From positions 34,043-98,042 of the forward strand of contig CAKQNT010000001.1 in NCBI GenBank assembly GCA_934255405.1: a DNA stretch of 64,000 nucleotides. Reading direction: 5' to 3'. This DNA comes from an uncultured Alphaproteobacteria bacterium (GTDB taxonomy: Bacteria > Pseudomonadota > Alphaproteobacteria > RF32 > CAG-239). The translations under genes were made by a program, and so were the position numbers. The notes under the pieces were generated by a model. It ran no database searches and was not told the DNA's origin. It was given only the letters and a program-made list of their open reading frames with translations. Positions 27,421 through 35,197 of this stretch are shown piece after piece (the first letter of the stretch is position 1; each line of letters opens with the position of its first letter).

Positions 27421-27488
27421 ATTTTAACAGCACGGAAGATCGCTTGACCTCGGGCGAGAATGCTCGCCGCTCGGAGCGATGACAGTTT
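27421..27488. repeat. Right inverted repeat of GIY-YIG mini-element.
   Basis: See left repeat. Confidence 0.7.
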
Positions 27489-27539
27489 TTTTATTTTATA
27501 TGCAATAGTAAAGAGGCATAAAAAAGAGGATGGAGGCAT

Positions 27540-27577
27540 AAAAAAAGAGGAGAGCCACCACACTCTCCTCTTTTTTA
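27540..27577. terminator. Bidirectional rho-independent terminator (AGAGGAGAG/CTCTCCTCT hairpin flanked by A- and T-runs) downstream of pilin gene.
   Basis: Seen in sequence. Confidence 0.6.
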
Positions 27578-27592
27578 ATCTTATGATTAGGA

Positions 27593-28219
27593 CTAGTAGT
27601 AAGTCCACGTAATCGTACTACCACTATCCTTAGCGGTACATTCAGCAGCAGCTGCTGAAAGTGACAAAGGCAAGCTATCAATTGTGTGCGGTGTACCACC
27701 TTTATCTCCAATATCCTTATCGTCTTTACTCGGAGAAACCGCTATAGACTGCAAACCAGAACCGGCTTGAGAACCCCAGTCAGCAGTAGCTATAGCTACG
27801 CAAGCCTCCAACGGCAAACCTGAATAAGAAACCGTAAACTGACGACTGTCACCACCAGTTCCACCTTGTGTATCTACAGCAACTTCAACTCGTCCGGAAT
27901 AAGCGTTCACAATAGTAGTTGCACCACTACCAGCTCCGGCAGACGCAATACTTGACTGAAGCATATCTCTGGGAATAATACCCATCTGAACCGCAACTTT
28001 GTTACTCAAACCAGCGTAGTTTACGGCAGAAGAATAAAGTGTACGGATATTCATAACCAGCATAGAAATCTGGTCAAGCGTCTTATTAACACGATATTTT
28101 GACATTGCTTTAGAATAACCGGAGATACCACCTATCGAAAGCACCCCGATAATCGCGAGCACGCCGAGCATTTCGACCATCGAACGTCCTGACTGCTCAT
28201 TTTTATATAATATTGTCAT
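27593..28219 (-). CDS. Type IV (class b-like) prepilin. Leader MTILYKNEQSG, mature start RSMVEMLGVLAIIGVLS. C-terminal Cys pair (D-region).
   Basis: Gly followed by Glu at +5 and a 20-residue hydrophobic helix. Two Cys near the C-terminus. Adjacent to the T4bP assembly operon. Confidence 0.7.
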   Translation of the reverse strand: MTILYKNEQSGRSMVEMLGVLAIIGVLSIGGISGYSKAMSKYRVNKTLDQISMLVMNIRTLYSSAVNYAGLSNKVAVQMGIIPRDMLQSSIASAGAGSGATTIVNAYSGRVEVAVDTQGGTGGDSRQFTVSYSGLPLEACVAIATADWGSQAGSGLQSIAVSPSKDDKDIGDKGGTPHTIDSLPLSLSAAAAECTAKDSGSTITWTYY

Positions 28220-28506
28220 TGTATCTCTCCTCTTATACTTTGTTGATAGTTTAACTATAACAAATTAATAAATTATGAACAATCTTATCATTAGTCATAA
28301 AATAGATGGCCAAAAGTATGTTTTCTCGATTGTTGTATCACTTTAGTCATAATCTGGGTTAATATTGTCCAGATTTTTGTGCTGTTGTCAATATATTGTT
28401 TGCTTTTTTGAAACAAAATCTGTGAAAAACTTTTTATGTTGCTTATATTTTTGCCTGTCTGCCCGTCTTATTGAATAAGAACAGGCAGGCAGACAAGTAA
28501 AAGCTT

Positions 28507-29895
28507 TTATTTGCCGGACTTAATCCGTTCAATAAGTTCTTTTACCGAGGGTATGCCGTTGCGATACAACGGATCTGTGGCAAAACGATATACCTGATGT
28601 CCGGCAAACAACAAATTGTCTACAATACTGCCATTGTGGCTGACATCGTATAGGGTTTTGTGAATGCAATAAGAACGCGGATCCGGCAGTCTTCCAGTAC
28701 TGCCTTTGCTCTGAGACCACGAAGAAAACTGACATTGCGACAAGCATCCAACGCAATTTTTGCGATCTTCTTTCATCTGCACCCACTCATCAGGGGTTAG
28801 GAACACAACCGTGTTATCCGGAGTTTCCTTTATTTCGGTGTAGCCGGATTTCTGCTGATTTGCCGCTTTTTCGGCGTCTGCCGCACGGATATACACGCGC
28901 TTATTTTCGGTTAACTGCAAAGGATGGCAAAACTCCTCCGTCGCCTCGACAGAAAAAGGAACTTCGCCTTGTTTGCGCTCAATCAGGCGAGAAAGAAACG
29001 TGTTTTTAATCGCCGAAGAGAAAAATCCGGTCGGGCTGAATTTTTGCAAAATAACATCGCCTTTTTTTACCTGAAGCATAAGCCGTTTCCACGCATCGCT
29101 AATCGGGCTCTCTTTGGTTATCATCGGACGAGTGCCAAACTGAAACGCCAATTTGCCAATTTCGGGATTATCGATATAATCCTGCCAATCTTCCAGCGCC
29201 CAAATGCCGCCCGCCAAAATAATCGGCTTCTCTTGCAAGCCAAGCTCATTCATAAGCTTGCGCAATTCAACCAGCCGCATATAAGGAGTTTGCGGCTCAG
29301 AGGGATTTTCGGCATTGGTAAGACCGTTGTGTCCGCCGGCAAGCCACGGATCCTCATAAACAACGCCACCCAAAAATTCAACAAAACGATTATATGCGCG
29401 CTTCCACAAAATCTGAAAAGCCCGCGCGGAAGAAACTATCGGATAGTAGTACACTCCGTATTTGGAGGCGATTTCGCCCAGATTATAAGGCAAGCCCGCG
29501 CCGCAGGTTACTCCGTGAATCAAGCCTTTGGCTCTCTCCAGCACACCATTTAGAATTTGTTGAGAACCGGCCAGCTCCCACAGCATATTTAGGTGAATAC
29601 GCCCGTTGCCGTTGGAGACTTCGTGAGCTATCTGCGCTTGAGCAACACAGCCTTTGATTGACTGTTCAATCATTTCTTCGTGTCTTGAGGGGCGGTCTTT
29701 TTTGAAGTAACGCTCAAAGATGACATTGCCTTTGTCATCGTAATAGTCTGGGCTGACGCCGGAAAAGGTGCCGACGCAATTCTCATGCGCCCATGCGCCG
29801 CTGGAATTTCCGTCACTACCGTTAATGCCTTTTCCGCCTTCTATCAGAGGCAACACCTCTTTGCCGGAAATCAATATCGGATTTAGTGTTTTCAA
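28507..29895 (-). CDS. Nitronate monooxygenase / 2-nitropropane dioxygenase-family FMN oxidoreductase-like protein with Cys-rich C-terminus.
   Basis: TIM-barrel NMO-like motifs (ILAGGIW, GAGLPYN). Assignment by pattern only. Confidence 0.4.
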   Translation of the reverse strand: MKTLNPILISGKEVLPLIEGGKGINGSDGNSSGAWAHENCVGTFSGVSPDYYDDKGNVIFERYFKKDRPSRHEEMIEQSIKGCVAQAQIAHEVSNGNGRIHLNMLWELAGSQQILNGVLERAKGLIHGVTCGAGLPYNLGEIASKYGVYYYPIVSSARAFQILWKRAYNRFVEFLGGVVYEDPWLAGGHNGLTNAENPSEPQTPYMRLVELRKLMNELGLQEKPIILAGGIWALEDWQDYIDNPEIGKLAFQFGTRPMITKESPISDAWKRLMLQVKKGDVILQKFSPTGFFSSAIKNTFLSRLIERKQGEVPFSVEATEEFCHPLQLTENKRVYIRAADAEKAANQQKSGYTEIKETPDNTVVFLTPDEWVQMKEDRKNCVGCLSQCQFSSWSQSKGSTGRLPDPRSYCIHKTLYDVSHNGSIVDNLLFAGHQVYRFATDPLYRNGIPSVKELIERIKSGK

Positions 29896-29942
29896 TGAAT
29901 TATCCTTTCTGTGTTATATATAACTGCATTAATATAGGAAAT

Positions 29943-31394
29943 TTATGGAGCTAATTCAAGCAACATTTGCGGCATATTATTTATAGACACCAGAGCAATA
30001 ACTACACAAATCAAAGCATATACCTGCAACATATCGGTTAATCCCTTGTTTTTGAAGGGGGGAATCAGTTTCTGATATTTGTAGATAAGATGATGAACAC
30101 CAACCAGCCCCAATGTGGCTAAGATTGCCTGCATACCAAGACCAATATCGTGCAGAATCGCGGCAAAGGGCTGAAGAATCTTGAACATCATACCAAAAAA
30201 CAACATATATGTCCCGATAACCGCGATGGAAATGCGCTTGAGCTTAATATCCAAAGCCTGTTTAATGCTCTTGTCGTGCTCAACCTTTTCTTGCGACAAG
30301 TCCGCAACATCTATGCCGCGCACTTTTTCGGGAGTTTGCTTTTGCTTTTTGATATCGTGCATATCATGATAAAATTTGTCTTCCATAATGCACAAACCGC
30401 AGCCTTTGGCGGTGAAATACACGTGATTGGGATTGTTTTTGCACTGGCGCAGGTGGTGCATGAGCTTCCACAAATGCTCTTGCCACTCATAAGCACTGGG
30501 ACGGTTGCCGCCTTTGGCAAAGGCGCGTTCAAACATCTGCAACGTGTCTTTGTCGAAATAACTGTGAATGCTGTAAGGGTGAGGCGCCTGATATTTATCC
30601 GGCCAAAGTCCATAGGCATAGTGATATTGCTCTATGCGGTTTTGAATGGTGAGCATATCATCATCTGCTTTGTGCGGAACGCCCGAAAAAGGATGAATGC
30701 CATTGTTGAGAAGTTTGAAAATGATAACCGCCAGCGCAAATTTATCCTGCTCTTCTCCCATATCCTGACAAGCCAGTTTCATACCCTCGGGGTAAATATA
30801 TTCCTCACTGACAAATTCTGCCGGATAGCGCCCTTTTTCTCCTTTGATGGAGAATCCATCGCAGTCAACCATTGCCACCAACATATTGTTTTTGTATACA
30901 GAAACATTGGACGGCTTGAGGTCAACAATATAGTGTCCGCATTTATGCAAAGAGGTAACCATAGAGGCAACATTGTATGCGGCAAAAATCCGATAAGCGT
31001 ATTTTTCCGACAAGCCAAGCTTTTTGCGGATTGCTTTTTGCATAAGGTGGTCCAGCGATACCGCCGCATCCATATTTATTAACGGCATCAGATAGCCAAC
31101 GCAAAATCCTTGTCCGTCTTCCAGCAGTGCCTCCGGCCACGCAATTTGAGTATAAGACACTCCACCCTCTTCCACCGGCGGAAAATGCGGCTTGTTGAGC
31201 AGCATAGCCTCAAGTTTTTGGCGGTTGGTCTGGCTTTTGTTGGTGTTATGAAAAATCTTAGCCACAAGCTCGGGACGCCCTTCGACCTTATAAATCTTGC
31301 CAGAAGCGCCGCCGCGGTTTATCATCTCGCCCAGAGTGACTGTGCCAAAAGACCTATCGGCATAAACGGCATTATATGTAATCTCCGCTACCAT
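29943..31394 (-). CDS. Eukaryotic-like Ser/Thr protein kinase with C-terminal transmembrane helices.
   Basis: Gly-rich loop RGGASGKIY, VAKIF lysine, catalytic loop VDLKPSNV, DCDGF (DFG-like). Confidence 0.75.
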   Translation of the reverse strand: MVAEITYNAVYADRSFGTVTLGEMINRGGASGKIYKVEGRPELVAKIFHNTNKSQTNRQKLEAMLLNKPHFPPVEEGGVSYTQIAWPEALLEDGQGFCVGYLMPLINMDAAVSLDHLMQKAIRKKLGLSEKYAYRIFAAYNVASMVTSLHKCGHYIVDLKPSNVSVYKNNMLVAMVDCDGFSIKGEKGRYPAEFVSEEYIYPEGMKLACQDMGEEQDKFALAVIIFKLLNNGIHPFSGVPHKADDDMLTIQNRIEQYHYAYGLWPDKYQAPHPYSIHSYFDKDTLQMFERAFAKGGNRPSAYEWQEHLWKLMHHLRQCKNNPNHVYFTAKGCGLCIMEDKFYHDMHDIKKQKQTPEKVRGIDVADLSQEKVEHDKSIKQALDIKLKRISIAVIGTYMLFFGMMFKILQPFAAILHDIGLGMQAILATLGLVGVHHLIYKYQKLIPPFKNKGLTDMLQVYALICVVIALVSINNMPQMLLELAP

Positions 31395-31395
31395 T

Positions 31396-32139
31396 TCAGT
31401 TTACCTTTATCCATACCAGCGTTTTGTCATCTGAATTAATCCGTTGCGCTTTGGGCGTATTGAGCGTGTTGGCCAAAGCCTTTACCGCTTTGGGCTTGTT
31501 TTGCGCCTCTTCCAAAAACTTATCTATCGGTCTGATAAAGCCTTGCTCTATTCGCTGCCAATCCGCAGAAAAGGAAAAACACGCAACACCATCGCTCATC
31601 AAAAACAATGTGGAGGCGTTGTCAAACCACGTCAGACGCAGATTCTCAGACCACTCTTGCTGGGTATAAAAATAAGTTTCACACGAGAAATTGCCGTTTT
31701 CCGGACGAGAGGCAACAAAGTCTTCGTATCCGCTGCGTACGGCTATGGCCGCTCCGTCGCCGATATGAAAAAACATTCCCTTGCCGCCGCGACAAACCAC
31801 TCCGACAATTGTGGCGGCAAAATCTGTTATGCCGGATTCTGATTTGGCGGAATTTAGGCGGTGCAAAACCAGTTTTTCTCTTGAAAGAACAACCGCGCGG
31901 CGCACCACCTCCGGCCAATCGGGCATATTGGCATTTTTGAGCAAGTCACAAAGTGTGGAACATACAACTCTGGCGCCGATTTTTCCTAATCTGGCAGAGC
32001 CGGCTCCATCAGAAACCACCGCCACCAGATTCTTGCCGCGAGCGTGTCTGAAATGATCCTGACACGGCAGATTTCTGTGGTTGTGCAAAGCTCCGGTCAC
32101 ACTTGCCGCAACAATTTTCGGAGCGCTAGTCTTCTTCAT
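31396..32139 (-). CDS. PP2C-family Ser/Thr phosphatase.
   Basis: Motifs VSDGAGSARLG, HIGDGAA, LMSDGV. Start set at MKKTSAPK. Confidence 0.65.
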   Translation of the reverse strand: MKKTSAPKIVAASVTGALHNHRNLPCQDHFRHARGKNLVAVVSDGAGSARLGKIGARVVCSTLCDLLKNANMPDWPEVVRRAVVLSREKLVLHRLNSAKSESGITDFAATIVGVVCRGGKGMFFHIGDGAAIAVRSGYEDFVASRPENGNFSCETYFYTQQEWSENLRLTWFDNASTLFLMSDGVACFSFSADWQRIEQGFIRPIDKFLEEAQNKPKAVKALANTLNTPKAQRINSDDKTLVWIKVN

Positions 32140-32812
32140 CCCATTCTCCGGTATCTTCCAGCAAATCCGGAGCATTGGGAGCAGCCCTTGAAATACAGGA
32201 AACACTGCGGCTCAGCCACAGGAAAAACTCGGTAAACTTTAATCCGGTGAGGCGCTTGGGCGACATAGTCGAAAACTTTGCCAATTTTTCAAGATTGGCG
32301 CCCTGTGTTCCAACCGCGTGAATCACCACTTTTTTGTTCTCTTGAGCAATCCGGCATTTTTTGGCAATAGTCTCCCAGTCATAATCCGTCGGCTCGCCAT
32401 CGCTGATTAAGAATATCCACGGGCGTTTTGAGGTTATGCCGCAACTATCATAGAGGCATTTTTGCTCTTCTATCTTGCGCAGAGCCAGCTCCATGGCCTT
32501 GCCAAGCGGCGTAAGCCCTCCGGCTACCATGGTCGGAGCATCAAAATTCATGGCGTCTGTCCAATCTGAAGATATAACCGCCTCATCTTTGCCAAACGCC
32601 TTAATAATCAGCAACTGCACGCGCGAGCTGGCGTCTATGTCGTCTTTGAGTTCGCGCTCCAAAGCCTTGAGACCGGCATTCAGCTGTTTAATCGGCTCGC
32701 CACGCATGGAGCCGGAACAATCCAGCACCAAAACGCAGGGGGTGCGCTCATTGGCATTGTCCGCAAACTCTACATAAGGAATCATCTCATTTTCAATATC
32801 AGAATCTACCAT
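32126..32812 (-). CDS. von Willebrand factor A (vWA) domain protein.
   Basis: MIDAS DCSGSM...SDGEPTD. AAGGAG RBS before MVDSDIEN. ORF-track 5' extension rejected. Confidence 0.7.
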   Translation of the reverse strand: MVDSDIENEMIPYVEFADNANERTPCVLVLDCSGSMRGEPIKQLNAGLKALERELKDDIDASSRVQLLIIKAFGKDEAVISSDWTDAMNFDAPTMVAGGLTPLGKAMELALRKIEEQKCLYDSCGITSKRPWIFLISDGEPTDYDWETIAKKCRIAQENKKVVIHAVGTQGANLEKLAKFSTMSPKRLTGLKFTEFFLWLSRSVSCISRAAPNAPDLLEDTGEWDEED

Positions 32813-32826
32813 CGGAGGCTCCTTAG

Positions 32827-32949
32827 TCAGTTGCGAGGATAGGTGTGAGGATATCCACTGCCCGGAACAGGCTCGGGAGCAGCCAATTTGCCGCAGGAAA
32901 CCACACAAATTGTGCCCAGCAGCAGTAATAAACTCAAATATTTTTTCAT
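32827..32949 (-). CDS. Small lipoprotein (40 aa) MKKYLSLLLLLGTICVVSCGKLAAPEPVPGSGYPHTYPRN, heading the vWA-PP2C-kinase cassette.
   Basis: Found by manual translation (below ORF-track size cutoff). Signal peptide plus VVSC lipobox. Confidence 0.35.
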   Translation of the reverse strand: MKKYLSLLLLLGTICVVSCGKLAAPEPVPGSGYPHTYPRN

Positions 32950-33034
32950 AACAATTCCTTTACTTGTTCTTTGCTATAATATAATTATATAGCCAATAAG
33001 AGTTAAGTAAAAATTAAGTTATACAGAGAAACAG

Positions 33035-33556
33035 ATGATAAAAAAATTGTTGATTTTGGTCATGGCGCTTGTCTGGTGCGAAAACGCAGCAGCCAAAAGC
33101 GGGCTTAATCTTTTTGCCTACCCGCGCGAGGCTCCAAAAACGCCGATTTATACTCCGGCCGGACAGGCGCTGAAATTGTCTGATTTTAAGGGAGAATTTC
33201 TGCTGGTGATGTTTTGGTCGCGCTACTGCGCTCCCTGCATTAAAGAGCTTGACGATATTAACGAATTTGTTTTGAAAACCCGCAACAACGGTATAAAGGT
33301 TCTTCTGGTTTCTAAAGACGATGAATGGACCGATGTGACGGAACAGCGCGAGTTACTCAAAAAATACAAAGCGCCAGATGTGGATTTCTATACCGACAAA
33401 GACGGCAAACTCTCCGGCGACTTTGGCATATTTTCTTCGCCGCACACCGTATTGGTCAATACTAAAAGCGAAGAAATCGGAAGAATCCGCGGTTCGGTTG
33501 ACTGGGGAGACGATGATGTTATTGAGTACATTTATAAAATAAAAGCACAAAATTAG
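33035..33556 (+). CDS. Periplasmic thiol:disulfide oxidoreductase, TlpA/ResA-like thioredoxin.
   Basis: Signal peptide. CAPC active-site motif in thioredoxin fold context. Confidence 0.65.
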   Translation: MIKKLLILVMALVWCENAAAKSGLNLFAYPREAPKTPIYTPAGQALKLSDFKGEFLLVMFWSRYCAPCIKELDDINEFVLKTRNNGIKVLLVSKDDEWTDVTEQRELLKKYKAPDVDFYTDKDGKLSGDFGIFSSPHTVLVNTKSEEIGRIRGSVDWGDDDVIEYIYKIKAQN

Positions 33557-33564
33557 AGGATAAT

Positions 33565-33993
33565 ATGACCGAAAAAATCTATATCAACTGGAATGAATTT
33601 CACAGTGATGTCAAAGCATTGGCGCAACAGCTAGAAAAACGCGGGCAGTTCAATCGTATTGTTGCCGTGAGCCGCGGCGGTCTGATTCCGGCGGGTGTTT
33701 TGGCTTATGAACTGAATATCCGTAATTGTGAAGCGATAAATATCTCAAGCTATGACAACGAATCGAAGCGCGAGGATACGGCGATTGAAATCGGAACAGT
33801 TTTGCACCATGCCGATGAGCACACTCTGATTGTTGATGATTTGGCTGACAGCGGACGCACATTGCAGATTTTGCACAAACTATACCCAAGCGCAACGCTG
33901 GCTTGTGTTTATGTAAAACCTGAAGGACAAAAGTATTGCAATATATATGCTAAACAGCTGCCCAATCAATGGGTGGTATTCCCTTGGGATTAG
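33565..33993 (+). CDS. gpt: Xanthine-guanine phosphoribosyltransferase.
   Basis: Strong colinearity with Gpt (AVSRGGLIPAGVLAYELNIR, IVDDLADSGRT, C-terminal FPWD). Confidence 0.85.
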   Translation: MTEKIYINWNEFHSDVKALAQQLEKRGQFNRIVAVSRGGLIPAGVLAYELNIRNCEAINISSYDNESKREDTAIEIGTVLHHADEHTLIVDDLADSGRTLQILHKLYPSATLACVYVKPEGQKYCNIYAKQLPNQWVVFPWD

Positions 33994-34991
33994 GAAACAT
34001 CTACAAATAACGGTAATCCGCGAGCCATACGAGTCATTTGGGTTTCGATAGAAGTGCCCAAATTGGGGCGTCCGCTCTTGACAATTCCGCGCACCTGATC
34101 GCCTTTGGTGGTATCGGGGTTGGCGAATAAAAACGAAACCACGGCTTTTTTGATAGTTGTTCCAACCAAACTTTGGTGCAGAACTCCAAGCATACCGCGA
34201 GAAAACAAATCATAGGCCAAATCCTCGCTCATACCGCCGGCAGCGGCATATTTGACAACCGAAGTTATGGCATCTGTAACATTGTTGGCATGAATGGTTG
34301 AAAGAACCAAGTGTCCGGAAGTCGATGCGCGCAAAACTTCGCTGGCCGTATCAGGAGTGCGGATTTCTCCAACCATGATATAACGCGGTTTTGAGCGTAG
34401 TGCCGATTTCAGCGAAGCACCCCAATCTCCGCCCGCCGGCTGTGTCTGCTTGCAGAGCCCCAGCCCTCCGTTAGCGCACTTATAAACTCCATCCAGCGGT
34501 TGCTCATTGGGATCTTCAATGGTATAAGCGAATCCGCCTTCTCTAATCAGATATTCCTTAGTTAAACTGGAGATAGAGGTTGTTTTGCCGGAGCCGGTCG
34601 GACCACTCCACAAAATAAGTCCGGATGCATTTTTTAAGGCCAGCAAATAGCGCTCAAGCTGCTTTGGATAACCCAAAGAAGCAAACGCGGGGACTTCCGC
34701 CGGCATGCGGCGGGCGCAATACTGAATGCCATCCAGTGCAACCGTTCTTTCGACACGATAAAAGATATTATTGTAGACGATTGAATAGCTGGGGTTCTGA
34801 CCATCCCAAGAGCTTTCGACCAGAGCATAAAACTTATCAAAATCTTCCGGCGCAAACTGCATCAAGGCATTAGCAGTCTGTTTATTAGGGATAAACGCTT
34901 GTTTTTCCGGAGTAATATATATGTCGGAGAATTGTGTTTCGGTAATAGTTGTCATGGCCAACCTCGTTTGAAATTTTTGTGATATTGGCAT
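33990..34991 (-). CDS. PilT/VirB11-superfamily secretion ATPase, PilT-like by His-box (GHLVLSTIHAN).
   Basis: Walker A GPTGSGKTT, Asp box MVGEIRT, His box. 333 aa. Confidence 0.65.
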   Translation of the reverse strand: MPISQKFQTRLAMTTITETQFSDIYITPEKQAFIPNKQTANALMQFAPEDFDKFYALVESSWDGQNPSYSIVYNNIFYRVERTVALDGIQYCARRMPAEVPAFASLGYPKQLERYLLALKNASGLILWSGPTGSGKTTSISSLTKEYLIREGGFAYTIEDPNEQPLDGVYKCANGGLGLCKQTQPAGGDWGASLKSALRSKPRYIMVGEIRTPDTASEVLRASTSGHLVLSTIHANNVTDAITSVVKYAAAGGMSEDLAYDLFSRGMLGVLHQSLVGTTIKKAVVSFLFANPDTTKGDQVRGIVKSGRPNLGTSIETQMTRMARGLPLFVDVS

Positions 34992-35095
34992 TATAGCTTT
35001 TATGTATTAACAAAAAGCAAACCTATTGATTAATTGTGAAATAGTGTTCCGGTTAGCGCCATAAAATAAAGCTCTCACAAGGGGAGCCTTATTTT

Positions 35096-35172
35096 ATGGC
35101 GCCAGCGGCGGGACTTGAACCCACTACCCACAGTTTAGGAAACTGTTGCTCTATCCTGATGAGCTACGCCGG
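35096..35172 (-). tRNA. tRNA-Arg (anticodon CCT).
   Basis: Manual fold: acceptor GCCGGCG, D-arm GCTC/GAGC, anticodon stem ACAGT with loop TTCCTAA, T-arm GTGGG-TTCAAGT-CCCGC, CCA end encoded. Confidence 0.75.
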
Positions 35173-35197
35173 CGTCATTTGTTTTATACTCGGAAGC

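Noticed and set aside
28441-28500. Imperfect inverted repeat after the NMO-like gene considered as a regulatory element of the pilin promoter
   Set aside because: Most simply a terminator hairpin for the upstream minus-strand gene. The stem is imperfect and no specific promoter consensus was found adjacent.
32813-32908. ORF-track 5' extensions of several genes (vWA gene to 32908, murI to 38349, HAD gene to 41309, RNase J-like gene to 43617, PP2C gene to 32205)
   Set aside because: Internal starts have proper RBS spacing, begin at conserved family N-termini (for example MKIGVFDSGLGG for MurI) or at signal peptides, and remove improbable overlaps.
33990-34991. 333-aa ATPase considered as VirB11 of the T4SS
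   Set aside because: The His-box GHLVLSTIHAN and the GPTGSGKTT P-loop match PilT/PilU-type motifs better than VirB11. The call is left at superfamily level with a PilT-like preference, since it cannot be resolved without a profile search.
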